Shown: in pieces, positions 1 to 9,218 of the stretch
Layout: each line of letters opens with the position of its first letter
Numbering within the stretch: position 1 is the first letter of the stretch
Assembly (NCBI GenBank): GCA_024278985.1
Contig: JAJRSC010000008.1
Coordinates: 1 to 17,829 of the forward strand
Direction of reading: 5' to 3'
Source of the DNA: an archaeon
Lineage (GTDB): Archaea > AGJL01 > Methanococci > Methanococcales > Methanocaldococcaceae
Length of the DNA: 17,829 bases
Made by a program: the position numbers and the translations under genes
Notes under the pieces: generated by a model
Database searches by the model: none
Told to the model about the DNA's origin: nothing
The model's input: only the letters and a program-made list of their open reading frames with translations

Positions 1-1181
1 TCATTAGTTACAGCATATATTCCATAATTTCCAGAAGCTCTATCGTTCCATTCATTTAATTTTATATATCCTGTTACAGGTTTAACTCCGAATTTTCCTT
101 CAGAGTATTTTATGGTGTTTTCTTTAATTAATTTAGCTAATAAATCTGCATCATATTTTCCTTCTTTTTCTAACATCTCTGCATAGGATAATGATAAAAC
201 CCATGCTGCATCATAAACATTTAAAGCATACTGATCTGGCTCTCCACCAAATTTATTTTTAAATTCTTCTTTTAATTTTTTAGCTTCATCAGATTCTGAA
301 TAAAACATTGTTGAATATAATTTAATTTTTGCAGCTTTATTTTTAACTTCCTCAACTACTTTTTTACTGTTTGCAGTTCCATCACAACCTATCCATATAT
401 GATTTAATAGAGGTGATTTATCATCTAATTGAGATAATAATGTAGCTACCTCTTCATAACCAATAAATACAATGGCTGTATCATTACCTTTATTTTTAAT
501 AGCATCAGAAGCTGTTTGAATTATAGGACTCCAATCTCCTATATCAGGAGGATATCTTATTTCTTTAATTATATTTATTCCCATTTCTTTGGCTCTTTTA
601 ACAGTTGCTTCTTTTAAACCATCTCCCCAGGCATCTCCTCTATATATAACAATTAAATTTTTAATTCCTAAATTTTTAGCTAAATTTGCTATAACATTAC
701 CCTGGAAATTATCATTAGGGACAAATCTAAATATATATTTCTTCTGCTCTGGGGATGTAAAGCCCAATATTTCTGGAGCAGCAGTTGATGATGGAGATAT
801 AATAATTATTTTATTTGAATTTACATAATCTTTTATATTTTTTATTTCTCCACTGGACATAGGTCCAAGGAATACATTAATTCCTCTGGCATGAAGTGCT
901 TGAATTTTATCTAAACATATTTTTGGATCTGCTCTTGTATCTTCAGTATATATTTTTATAGTATAAGGAAGACCTTTTTCTTTAAAGTAGTTGTTTATTT
1001 TTTCTTCTGCTAATTGACAAATTTCTTTTTCATTATTTCCATATGTTGCCAATCCTCCAGATAAATCAACTAATAATCCAATATCTATTTCATTACTATT
1101 TTTCTCTGTTGTATTTTGTTGGGTACATCCTGCAAAGATTCCAATTAAAATTATTGACAGTATCAATAAAATTTTTCTCAT
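1..1181 (-). CDS. Branched-chain amino acid ABC transporter substrate-binding lipoprotein (LivJ/LivK-like, type I PBP); partial, runs off the left edge
   Basis: Not in the ORF track; translated by hand from ATG at 1181: MRKILLILSIILIGIFAG-C-TQQNTTEKNSNEIDIGLLVDLSGGLATYG...EDTRADP...VFLGPMSSG...IIISPSSTA...FRFVPND. Has a lipobox (FAGC) and LivJ-type motifs. RBS GGTGA at 1190-1186. Confidence 0.88.
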   Translation of the reverse strand, partial: MRKILLILSIILIGIFAGCTQQNTTEKNSNEIDIGLLVDLSGGLATYGNNEKEICQLAEEKINNYFKEKGLPYTIKIYTEDTRADPKICLDKIQALHARGINVFLGPMSSGEIKNIKDYVNSNKIIIISPSSTAAPEILGFTSPEQKKYIFRFVPNDNFQGNVIANLAKNLGIKNLIVIYRGDAWGDGLKEATVKRAKEMGINIIKEIRYPPDIGDWSPIIQTASDAIKNKGNDTAIVFIGYEEVATLLSQLDDKSPLLNHIWIGCDGTANSKKVVEEVKNKAAKIKLYSTMFYSESDEAKKLKEEFKNKFGGEPDQYALNVYDAAWVLSLSYAEMLEKEGKYDADLLAKLIKENTIKYSEGKFGVKPVTGYIKLNEWNDRASGNYGIYAVTN

Positions 1182-1210
1182 TAAATCACCTCTTTTAAGT
1201 GAATATAATC

Positions 1211-1263
1211 TATATAAAAATCAATTTCAATAAATTATTTTCGGTATAGAATATCTTTATATA
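1211..1263. promoter_or_regulatory. Divergent pair of archaeal TATA boxes (TTTATATA on - at 1218-1211 for the binding protein; on + at 1256-1263 for cheC)
   Basis: Two identical TTTATATA octamers pointing outward in the intergenic region between divergent genes. The AT-rich background lowers specificity. Confidence 0.5.
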
Positions 1264-1317
1264 CTATTAAAAATACTAAATAAATAATAAGAAATTTTAT
1301 TAAATGTGTGGGGATTT

Positions 1318-1926
1318 ATGAGTCTTTTAGAACCAATAAATAAATTAATTGATATTGGGAAAGAAGCTACAGAAAATATGACAAATGCTTTTATGGAATT
1401 AACTGGAGAAAATGTAGAAATTTTCTTTTTAGGTTTAAGATTTGCATTAATTGAATATGTTCCTGAACAATTTGGTGATGAGACATACAAAGCTACCAGA
1501 ATAGATTTTGATGGAGTACTTAAAGGAAAATCTCTTTTACTTCTACCAGAAAAAGATGCTGTAAAATTAGAAAAATTATTATTATTGGATATATTATGGG
1601 ATAGCTTAGTACATAAGGAACAACTACCTGATTATGAGGAAATGGAGAAATCATTAATCAATGAAGTCGGAAATATAGTTATATCATCTTTTTTAAATGT
1701 ATTTGCTAATAAATTAGGTGGAACTATAAATATAACACCACCAGAATTTATAAAAGATATGGGATTTAGTATTGTAGAATCGTTAATTACTGAAATTGCT
1801 GAAAAAACAGATATTGTTATGTTATTTGATAATAAAGTAGAGATAGTCGGAAGATTTCCAATAAAATGTCATATGATTATATTTATAGACCCAGAATCAT
1901 TTGAAAAATTAGATAAAATATTTTAG
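1318..1926 (+). CDS. cheC: CheC-family CheY-P phosphatase
   Basis: Motif S-x3-E-x2-N-x22-P (SLINEVGN...ITPP) in the C-terminal half, plus a 'FDGVLKGKSLLLLP' strand typical of CheC. Start placed at ATG 1318 after GTGGGGA (the track starts at 1306). Confidence 0.85.
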   Translation: MSLLEPINKLIDIGKEATENMTNAFMELTGENVEIFFLGLRFALIEYVPEQFGDETYKATRIDFDGVLKGKSLLLLPEKDAVKLEKLLLLDILWDSLVHKEQLPDYEEMEKSLINEVGNIVISSFLNVFANKLGGTINITPPEFIKDMGFSIVESLITEIAEKTDIVMLFDNKVEIVGRFPIKCHMIIFIDPESFEKLDKIF

Positions 1927-2780
1927 CTTTCTAATGGTTTTTGATATATTCTTTCTCTTGCGTTATATGTTTTGAAAAGTTCTTTTGCCTTTCCATGTAA
2001 GATTTCAGTTTTTCCTAAAATTAGAAAACCTCCTGGATTTAATGCTTCATAGAACTTTAAAAATATTTCAGCCTGAATTTTTTTATCAAAGTAAATAATG
2101 ACATTTCTACATAAAATCATATCCATATTTTTTAATGGAGGGTCTTTAATTAAATCATGAATTTTAAAGGTTACTATTTTTTTAATTTCAGGTTTTATCA
2201 TATATTCTTCTTCATTAAGCTTAGTAAAGTATTTTTGAATTATTGTTGGAGGAAGATTTTTTAATTGTTTTATATGATAAACTCCTCTTCTTGCCTTTGC
2301 TAAAACCTCTTTATCAATATCTGTTCCTGTAATTTTGGCATCAAATAATTTTCTATTATGTTTGTTCATAGCTTCTTTAACAATTATTGCAACACCATAA
2401 GGTTCTTCACCTGAAGAACATCCTGCACTCCAAATTCTTAGTTTTTTTCTGGATTTATCCTTAACAAAGTTATCAATAATTTTTTGAATTTCTTTATAAA
2501 CTGTAATATCTCTCCAAAATTCTGTAACATTTACAGTTAGAGTTTCTTCAAGTTTTTCCTTTTCTTCAGGATGAGTTCTTAGATATTCATAATATTCTTT
2601 AAAAGTGTTGCATTTTGTAGCTTTCATTCTAACTCTTAATCTTCTCATGATATAGTTATCTTTATATTGTGTAACATCAATTTTTAAAACTGTCTTAATA
2701 TAGTTTAATAATCTTTTATAATACATTTTTTCAATTGCATCTAAATCATCAATACTTTCAGGATTTCTATTTATTACCAT
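1923..2780 (-). CDS. cheR: Chemotaxis protein-glutamate methyltransferase CheR
   Basis: Motifs TVNVTEFWRD, RIWSAGCSSGEEPY, GTDID, DMILCRNVIIYF and LNPGGFLILGKTE. Confidence 0.96.
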   Translation of the reverse strand: MVINRNPESIDDLDAIEKMYYKRLLNYIKTVLKIDVTQYKDNYIMRRLRVRMKATKCNTFKEYYEYLRTHPEEKEKLEETLTVNVTEFWRDITVYKEIQKIIDNFVKDKSRKKLRIWSAGCSSGEEPYGVAIIVKEAMNKHNRKLFDAKITGTDIDKEVLAKARRGVYHIKQLKNLPPTIIQKYFTKLNEEEYMIKPEIKKIVTFKIHDLIKDPPLKNMDMILCRNVIIYFDKKIQAEIFLKFYEALNPGGFLILGKTEILHGKAKELFKTYNARERIYQKPLES

Positions 2781-2902
2781 ATAAAATACCCCATAATTAT
2801 ATTTTTTAGGTTTTAAATATAGATTATCTGATATTTAAGTATTTTTCTTTATTCTATTAATATATTATGACAATCATAATAATAATGTAATGAGTGAAAG
2901 AT

Positions 2903-3388
2903 ATGGATGTTTATGATGTTCTTTATAATTTATGTTTAGAGCATAAGGTTAAATATAATAATTCTTTTTTACCCTTATGGAAAGTGAAGGAAGAGAAAAT
3001 AAATATTGATGATGTTGATTTAAATTTACCATGGAAATGTTTAAGAGAGTTATCTATATATTTGTATGAGTTAAAGTTAAAACAGAGAGATAGTAAGGAA
3101 TTGATTAATTTTGATATTATAAAAGTCTTAGTAGGAGCAGCCTTTTTAAAAAATAGTGAAAGTTATTCTTTTACAGATAGTAATGTACCAATATCCTACC
3201 TCTCAGATATTCTTACAATTAGAATTAATATTTTATTGAGATACTATTACTTTTTAAATAAACCAAAAAATACCACAATATTTGAGGAAATAATACTAAA
3301 ATTTCCTCAAAAAAAAGATTTAAGAACAAATAATAAATATGATTTACAAAACTTAGTAAAAAAACTTAAAGATTTTTTGGTATATTAA
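2903..3388 (+). CDS. Hypothetical soluble protein (about 161 aa)
   Basis: Open frame with ordinary composition. ATG at 2903 follows GAGTGA (the track starts at GTG 2894). No recognisable motif. Confidence 0.75.
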   Translation: MDVYDVLYNLCLEHKVKYNNSFLPLWKVKEEKINIDDVDLNLPWKCLRELSIYLYELKLKQRDSKELINFDIIKVLVGAAFLKNSESYSFTDSNVPISYLSDILTIRINILLRYYYFLNKPKNTTIFEEIILKFPQKKDLRTNNKYDLQNLVKKLKDFLVY

Positions 3389-3568
3389 TCTTCTCAATTG
3401 CTATTTTTCTCTATTTTTTTAGTTCTTCTGTTATTAATTTTTTTCTCATAAGTAATGCTACAGTATTATTTTTTATACTATATTATTTATACTATATTAT
3501 AGATTATTTATAATAGTAATACTCATATTATAATGATGATTGAGGGGTGAAATTTGGGGTAGGGTATT

Positions 3569-4036
3569 ATGAATAAAGGAGCATATTTTTTTATAACATT
3601 AATTATTTTATTAATGTTATGTGGATGTATATTTAGTAATAAATATCCAGATATCTTATATAAAGATTTTAATGTTGTAAAAATCCAAAATACAACTATA
3701 GAAGGTAAGAAAGTAATCATTGTATATCAAATTAAAGATTATATAAATCCAGAACTTACTCCAGGAACTTTAGATTTAGATACTAAATACCAGATAGTGG
3801 CTATAACATACTATGTCTTTAAAAATACTGATGCAGATGAAGTTCAAATTATCTGTTACTATACAGCAAAAGATGGTAACTTAGTTCCATATTATAAATT
3901 TAAGATTTCAAGAAGAGATGCTAAATTAGCAGGACTTTTAGATATCTCTGATAAAGATTTATCTCAGATGGTTCTATACTTATTTAGTAGATTAAAAGCT
4001 TTAGGAGAATTATGGGTAAATCCTAAGCTACCATAA
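3569..4036 (+). CDS. Putative lipoprotein of unknown function
   Basis: N-terminal Lys, a hydrophobic stretch and a lipobox-like LCG-C. G-rich RBS (GGGGTAGGG) upstream. Confidence 0.75.
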   Translation: MNKGAYFFITLIILLMLCGCIFSNKYPDILYKDFNVVKIQNTTIEGKKVIIVYQIKDYINPELTPGTLDLDTKYQIVAITYYVFKNTDADEVQIICYYTAKDGNLVPYYKFKISRRDAKLAGLLDISDKDLSQMVLYLFSRLKALGELWVNPKLP

Positions 4037-4059
4037 AAAAGTATTTGGTGGTGATTAAA

Positions 4060-4635
4060 ATGGTTTATATAATTCCATTAACTGATGAAGAAAAAATGAG
4101 TATAATCTCAGGATTAAGAAGTACTGTTCCAGCAACAAGATTAGTTACTATTAGAAAATTACAAGAAATTTGTGAAATAAGACCTGAGGCAATATTATTT
4201 TTAGATGCTTATGATAAAACTACATTAAATGAAATTATAAGTCTATTAAAGCATATTATAGAATATGACCCTGATGAGATTATTAGAAGAGAGGCAGTTA
4301 TAGCTTTAGAAAAATTAAAAAAGGCATTAGGTACTAAATTTACAACATATGTTCCATTATGTAACAACTGTAAAAAACCTATTGATTTAGGTTGGGAGTA
4401 CTGTACTAACTGTGGCGCGGAAATAGATAAAATGACTTTTGAAGAAGATGTAAAAAGATGTAAAAAGTGTAATAAATATATTTTTGATACTTGGGTATAC
4501 TGTGCCCATTGTGGAACTAAATTAAAAGATATAGTAGTTGAAGAAGAACTAAGATGTCCAAACTGTAAAAGACCAATACAGCCAGAATGGATGGTTTGTC
4601 CATATTGTGGTTATAGACTAAAGAGAAAACCATAA
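4060..4635 (+). CDS. HEAT-like repeat plus three tandem zinc-ribbon (DZR-like) protein
   Basis: Helical N-terminus with DPDEIIRREAVIALEKL, then three CxxC-x10-CxxCG units (CNNC/CTNC, CKKC/CAHC, CPNC/CPYC). ATG 4060 follows GGTGA. Confidence 0.8.
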   Translation: MVYIIPLTDEEKMSIISGLRSTVPATRLVTIRKLQEICEIRPEAILFLDAYDKTTLNEIISLLKHIIEYDPDEIIRREAVIALEKLKKALGTKFTTYVPLCNNCKKPIDLGWEYCTNCGAEIDKMTFEEDVKRCKKCNKYIFDTWVYCAHCGTKLKDIVVEEELRCPNCKRPIQPEWMVCPYCGYRLKRKP

Positions 4636-4649
4636 AAAAGTGATTTTAA

Positions 4650-5312
4650 ATGAGTAATGTAGAAAAAGCAATAAAATCATTAAAGTCTGGCAAAATTGTT
4701 TTAGTATATGATTCTGATGATAGAGAAGGAGAAACTGATATGGTTATTGCCTCTCAATTTATAACTCCTGAAATAATAAGAATTATGAGAAAAGATGCAG
4801 GAGGATTAATTTGTACTGCTATACACCCAGATATTGCTAATAAATTGGGAATCCCTTACCTTGTAGATATTTATAAAGAGGCTATTAATAAATACCCAAT
4901 TTTAGAAAGTTTATATCCATATGATATTCCATATGATGAAAAATCTTCATTTTCTATAACCATTAACCATAGGAAAACCTTCACAGGGATAACTGATAAA
5001 GATAGAGCTTTAACAATAAAAAAATTAACAGAACTTGTTAGGTTAGGGTATTATTCAAACTTTGGTAAGGAATTTAGAAGTCCTGGACATGTGATCTTAT
5101 TAAAAGCAACTGAAGGATTAGTTAAAAAAAGAAAGGGTCATACTGAAATGACAGTTGCCTTAGCAGAAATGGCTGGGCTTATCCCAATAACTACAATATG
5201 TGAAATGCTTGGAGATGATGGATATGCTTTAAGTAAAAATGAAGCTAAGAAATATGCTGAAAAGCATAATTTAATATTTTTAGAAGGTGAAGAATTAATT
5301 AATACTACTTAG
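4650..5312 (+). CDS. ribB: 3,4-dihydroxy-2-butanone 4-phosphate synthase
   Basis: Motifs [35 protein letters not shown] and ICEML. Confidence 0.96.
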   Translation: MSNVEKAIKSLKSGKIVLVYDSDDREGETDMVIASQFITPEIIRIMRKDAGGLICTAIHPDIANKLGIPYLVDIYKEAINKYPILESLYPYDIPYDEKSSFSITINHRKTFTGITDKDRALTIKKLTELVRLGYYSNFGKEFRSPGHVILLKATEGLVKKRKGHTEMTVALAEMAGLIPITTICEMLGDDGYALSKNEAKKYAEKHNLIFLEGEELINTT

Positions 5313-5319
5313 AAAAATT

Positions 5320-5667
5320 TTAAGCTGCTCCTGGTTGTTGTAAAATTTTTTGTAATTTTTCTTGGAATTCTTTTAATTTTTCTTTTAATTTTTCTTCCTG
5401 TTTTGTTAAAGTTTTTAATCTTAATTCTAATGTTTCTATTTTTTCTTTTAATTCTTTAATTATCTCTTCCTTATTTCTTTTTATAAATAATCCTCCAACT
5501 AATTTATAAACTTCATTATCTGTTGCTTTTTCTAATTCTTCTAATGCTTTCTGACTTTCTTTTAATTCTGCTTCAACACCTTGCTTTTGCATTAAAATCA
5601 TTTGTAATTGTTGTTGAAATTGTTGCAATTGCATTAATTGAGCTTGTACTTGTGGTGGAACTTCCAA
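5320..5667 (-). CDS. pfdB: Prefoldin beta subunit
   Basis: Gln-rich N-terminal helix, single hairpin VYKLVGGLFIK, C-terminal coiled coil. TTG at 5667 is the likely start given RBS GGTGA spacing; alternatives are 5673 and 5676. Confidence 0.93.
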   Translation of the reverse strand: MEVPPQVQAQLMQLQQFQQQLQMILMQKQGVEAELKESQKALEELEKATDNEVYKLVGGLFIKRNKEEIIKELKEKIETLELRLKTLTKQEEKLKEKLKEFQEKLQKILQQPGAA

Positions 5668-5767
5668 AATCATCACCTATAAATTTTTTATTATTATTTT
5701 ATTTTTAAAGAAGTTATATTTAAAAGTATCTGAAAGCTATAAAATAAAAACTAACCTTTAATATTAA

Positions 5768-5801
5768 TAAAAATAGTAAAAATATAGTAAAAATAAAGTA
5801 A
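5768..5801 (-). terminator. Probable oligo-T terminator of the r-protein operon
   Basis: Directly after the rps19 stop the - strand reads TACTTTATTTTTACTATATTTTTACTATTTTT, i.e. three T5 tracts in an imperfect ~11-nt tandem repeat. Confidence 0.5.
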
Positions 5802-6254
5802 TTATTTAATTGGTACGAACATACTTGACCTTGTTGCTCCCATACCTGGAGCTCCGTGTTGTACTGGTTTTCTTGTTAATGAAAACTCTCCTAAATAGTG
5901 CCCTATCATTTCAGGAGTTATTTTTACTTCGACAAACTCTTTTCCATTATAAACTCCAAAAGTTAGTCCAACCATATCAGGAGTTATAACAAAATCTCTA
6001 CAGTGTGTTCTTATAATTCTTGGCTCTTTACCTTTGTTTAATAATCTTCTTGCTCTTTTAATTTTTATAGCTAATTTTCTTTGTTGAGGAGTTAATCCTC
6101 TTAGTATAGTTCTTCTTTGTCTTGCAGGAAGTAATTTTATAAATTCTTTCATAGGCATTTGTTGTAACTCTTCTAAAGTATAACCTCTATATCTAAATTC
6201 TACCTTTTTAGATATAGTTTGTTTCTTTTTTCTTGCTCTTCTTTTTGATGCCAT
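5802..6254 (-). CDS. rps19p: 30S ribosomal protein S19 (uS19)
   Basis: [45 protein letters not shown] 6254 follows GGTGGG. Confidence 0.97.
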   Translation of the reverse strand: MASKRRARKKKQTISKKVEFRYRGYTLEELQQMPMKEFIKLLPARQRRTILRGLTPQQRKLAIKIKRARRLLNKGKEPRIIRTHCRDFVITPDMVGLTFGVYNGKEFVEVKITPEMIGHYLGEFSLTRKPVQHGAPGMGATRSSMFVPIK

Positions 6255-6268
6255 ATTACCCACCTAAA

Positions 6269-6997
6269 TTATTTCCTTACTCCTGTTCTTCTTGCTGAAA
6301 TATGTCCTACTTTTCTACCAGCAGGAGCTTTTTTTCTTGATACAGTAGTTGGTTTTCCAGTGTGTTGGTGTCTTCCACCACCAAATGGGTGGTCTACAGC
6401 GTTCATTGCAACTCCTCTAACTCTTGGCCATTTAATAGCTTTAGCTCTTAATGCATGGTATTTTTTACCTGCTTTAACTAATGGTTTTTCTAATCTACCT
6501 CCCCCAGCAACTACACCAATAGTAGCTCTACATTTAGAATCAAATGCTTTAATTTTTCCAGATGGTAATTTAACATATGTTGTATCTTCATCATGAGTCA
6601 TAACATATGCATAGCCTCCTCCAGCTCTAACTAACTTTCCACCATCTCCAGGAATAGTTTCTATATTAAATACAGGAATACCTTCTGGAATTTCTCCTAA
6701 TGGTAAAACATTACCTGGTTTTATACTTGCTCCATAACCACATTCAATAATATCTCCAACTTTAACCCCTTCAGGAACGATATATAATTTCTCTTCACCT
6801 GTTTCAAATAATATCTTTGCAAGTGGAGCACTTCTACCTGGGTCGTGAAGAATATCAATAATTTTTCCAATAACTTTTCCATTTTTTTCAGCATCATCAT
6901 ACTTTCTATATTTTGCCTCTCCCCTTCTTTTATGGGAAGGACATGTATATACACTTCCTCCTCTACCTCTTCTTTGAGAAATTAATCTTTTTCCCAT
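6269..6997 (-). CDS. rpl2p: 50S ribosomal protein L2 (uL2)
   Basis: MGKRLISQRRGRG, HDPGRSAP, WPRVRGVAMNAVDHPFGGG. ATG 6997 follows GGTGA. Confidence 0.98.
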   Translation of the reverse strand: MGKRLISQRRGRGGSVYTCPSHKRRGEAKYRKYDDAEKNGKVIGKIIDILHDPGRSAPLAKILFETGEEKLYIVPEGVKVGDIIECGYGASIKPGNVLPLGEIPEGIPVFNIETIPGDGGKLVRAGGGYAYVMTHDEDTTYVKLPSGKIKAFDSKCRATIGVVAGGGRLEKPLVKAGKKYHALRAKAIKWPRVRGVAMNAVDHPFGGGRHQHTGKPTTVSRKKAPAGRKVGHISARRTGVRK

Positions 6998-7010
6998 TAA
7001 AATCACCTTT

Positions 7011-7271
7011 TTAGTAGATTCCTAAACTTGCAGCAATTTTACCTGCATCATATCCTTCTTTAAGCTTTATATATGCCTTTTTTTCTCCTTTAGGTGTTAT
7101 TAAAGTATTTACTTTTTCTACTTCAACATCAAATAATTCCTTCATAGCTCTTTTTATATCCTGTTTTGTTGCTTTTCTATGTACAATAAAAACTAATTTA
7201 CCCTCTTCTTCTAACAATCTAACAGCTTTTTCTGTTACTACTGGGGCAATTATTACCTTAAATGGGTCCAT
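7011..7271 (-). CDS. rpl23p: 50S ribosomal protein L23 (uL23)
   Basis: [25 protein letters not shown]; conserved operon position. Confidence 0.97.
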   Translation of the reverse strand: MDPFKVIIAPVVTEKAVRLLEEEGKLVFIVHRKATKQDIKRAMKELFDVEVEKVNTLITPKGEKKAYIKLKEGYDAGKIAASLGIY

Positions 7272-7273
7272 GT

Positions 7274-8035
7274 TTATTCACCAAATCTTTCTTTTAATTT
7301 CTCTATAGCATTTTCTGTAAATACTGTTAATCTTCCAGCTACTCCTCCAGGAGCTAAATGTATAATTCCTAAATCTTTAGCAGTTATAACATCAACTCCT
7401 GGTAAGTTTCTTGATGCAAGAATTGCCTCACATCTATCTCCTACAACAACTAAAACACTTTTAGGTTTTTTGTATCTTCTACCTCTCATTTTTCCTTTTC
7501 CAGCTCTAATTTTTATTCCTTCTTTAGCCCTTATAATATCTTCAGCTATTCCAAATTTTTCAAAAACATTATAAACTTCTTTAGTTTTTTTAAGATTTTC
7601 AAATTCATTATCTACAACTATTGGCAATTCTGTAATACTAAACTTATGTCCTCTTTCTTTAACTAATTCTATATCTTTAGTTGCTGATAAAGCACTTTTA
7701 ATTGCCTTAATTCTTTCTTTTTTATTAATTCTTTCCCATAAGATTTTTTCAACTTTTGGAGGGTGTGCTCTTCTACCCCCTACAGCCATAGGTGCAAAAG
7801 CTGCTCTACCTCCTGGTAATCTTGGTACTCTTGCTAATCCATATCCTTTACCATAACTTTCTGCACTTCTTCTTTTTCCAGCTAATAAATCAGTCCCTTT
7901 TGGTTGTAATCTTGCAGTAAATGCTGATAAAAATGCTCTTTTTATTAAATCAGGTCTATATTCTTCATTAAAAAATGAAGGTAATTCTATCTCTTTAAGT
8001 GTTTCTCCTTCTAAGTTATATACCTTAGCCATCAT
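7274..8035 (-). CDS. rpl4p: 50S ribosomal protein L4 (uL4)
   Basis: [43 protein letters not shown]. Start is 8035 or 8032. Confidence 0.97.
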   Translation of the reverse strand: MMAKVYNLEGETLKEIELPSFFNEEYRPDLIKRAFLSAFTARLQPKGTDLLAGKRRSAESYGKGYGLARVPRLPGGRAAFAPMAVGGRRAHPPKVEKILWERINKKERIKAIKSALSATKDIELVKERGHKFSITELPIVVDNEFENLKKTKEVYNVFEKFGIAEDIIRAKEGIKIRAGKGKMRGRRYKKPKSVLVVVGDRCEAILASRNLPGVDVITAKDLGIIHLAPGGVAGRLTVFTENAIEKLKERFGE

Positions 8036-8046
8036 TATTACTCACC

Positions 8047-9045
8047 CTATTTTTTTGGCTCAGTGCTTATATATGTTATTTCTGGAACTTTAATTAATGG
8101 CTCTTCTGGTCTTATTGCACTTCTTAAAACTATTAATCTCTTAGCAGGTCCTTGAACTGAGCCTTTTAATATTACATATTTGTTTTTTATTATTCCATAA
8201 TGTGGGAATCCTCCTTTAGGAACTATTTCTTCTCCATTATCTCCAATTTTTAAAATTCTCTTGTTATATTCTGTTCTTTGATGATAACCCATTTGTCCTG
8301 GTCTTGGAACTGTCCACATTATCATTTTTGGTTGCCATGGGTTTATAGAACCAACATGTCTTGCATGTCCTTGTCTTTTATGTTTTCTTGGTTGTATTTT
8401 AACTCCCCATCTTTTAATAACTCCTTGAAACCCTTTACCTTTTGTTATTCCAATAGTATCAATTAATTCTCCTTCTTGGAAAACATCTGTTATATTTAAT
8501 TGTTTTCCTAAGATTTCTTTAGCATAGTTTAATCTTTCTTCTAAATTATTTCCTCCAATTCTTATTTCTAAAATTTCTGGCTTTTTCTTAGGAAGACAGG
8601 TTAATTTTGGATTTGTATGGATAAGAACTCTAACATCTTCAATTCTATCCTTTATTTCATCTAAGTAATCAACAGTTTTTCTATCTTCTTTTTTAGGAAG
8701 TTGTATTTTTCTTTCTAACTCTTTATCTAATTCATCTGCCCAAATTTCTGTTAATGTTGTTAAATAGTTTCTTTCATTTCTTCCATAAACTCTAATACCA
8801 AATACATTAATTGGTGGAGCTTCCATTATTGTTATTGGAGTAAAAACTTCTTGTCCAGCTCTTGGACTTTTTTGATTGTCTTCTTTAATTAATGCATGAC
8901 TCATTCCTGCCTTATATACTGGATAAGCTTGCAATCTAACTTTATCTTCATCTGGCCAGCTTCTAATTCTTGGTACTGGTCTTTTTGCTCTTTTTCTTGG
9001 ACTAAATCCTAACGAACCTCTTCTTGGTCTGTGATATTTAACCAT
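8047..9045 (-). CDS. rpl3p: 50S ribosomal protein L3 (uL3)
   Basis: [53 protein letters not shown] upstream. Confidence 0.98.
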   Translation of the reverse strand: MVKYHRPRRGSLGFSPRKRAKRPVPRIRSWPDEDKVRLQAYPVYKAGMSHALIKEDNQKSPRAGQEVFTPITIMEAPPINVFGIRVYGRNERNYLTTLTEIWADELDKELERKIQLPKKEDRKTVDYLDEIKDRIEDVRVLIHTNPKLTCLPKKKPEILEIRIGGNNLEERLNYAKEILGKQLNITDVFQEGELIDTIGITKGKGFQGVIKRWGVKIQPRKHKRQGHARHVGSINPWQPKMIMWTVPRPGQMGYHQRTEYNKRILKIGDNGEEIVPKGGFPHYGIIKNKYVILKGSVQGPAKRLIVLRSAIRPEEPLIKVPEITYISTEPKK

Positions 9046-9094
9046 ACCTATAAACCTCCTATAATATTTTAAAGAAATGATAATTTTTAATTAA

Positions 9095-9153
9095 TATTTT
9101 GTGTTTTGCCTGTCATTGCCAAAATCTGGCTTTTCAGGCGAGACCCCAAAATA
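9095..9153 (-). promoter_or_regulatory. Structured 5'-leader hairpin upstream of rpl3 (candidate r-protein leader RNA)
   Basis: Nested inverted repeats TATTTTG/CAAAATA, GCCTG/CAGGC and GCCA/TGGC form a GC-rich island in an otherwise very AT-rich spacer. Confidence 0.6.
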
Positions 9154-9188
9154 GGAAATGTAATTCTAATTAAAAATATATTCTAAGT

Positions 9189-9203
9189 ATATATAATTTT
9201 TGG
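9189..9203 (-). promoter_or_regulatory. Putative BRE/TATA promoter of the rpl3 operon
   Basis: The - strand reads CCAAAAATTATATAT, a purine run followed by TTATATA. This implies a transcription start near 9165 and a leader of about 120 nt. Confidence 0.5.
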
Positions 9204-9218
9204 TATATGGAAAAATAG

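Noticed and set aside
3366-3449. Minus-strand MRKKLITEELKK*RKIAIEKINIPKNL* with an in-frame TAG (possible gene remnant or readthrough)
   Set aside because: Too short, no RBS, and low complexity. The T-rich + strand is better explained as a terminator for the upstream gene, and pyrrolysine is not expected in this lineage.
5802-9045. S10-like operon lacks rps10 and stops after rps19
   Set aside because: Absence of rps10 here is normal in archaea, and I recall the same break after S19 in Methanococcales, so it is not novel.
9095-9153. Hairpin considered as an archaeal SECIS, box C/D RNA or canonical kink-turn
   Set aside because: There is no in-frame UGA in the flanking genes, the loop does not fit the GAA/A SECIS core, there is no full RUGAUGA box C, and the non-bulged strand lacks the GA adjacent to the C-stem.
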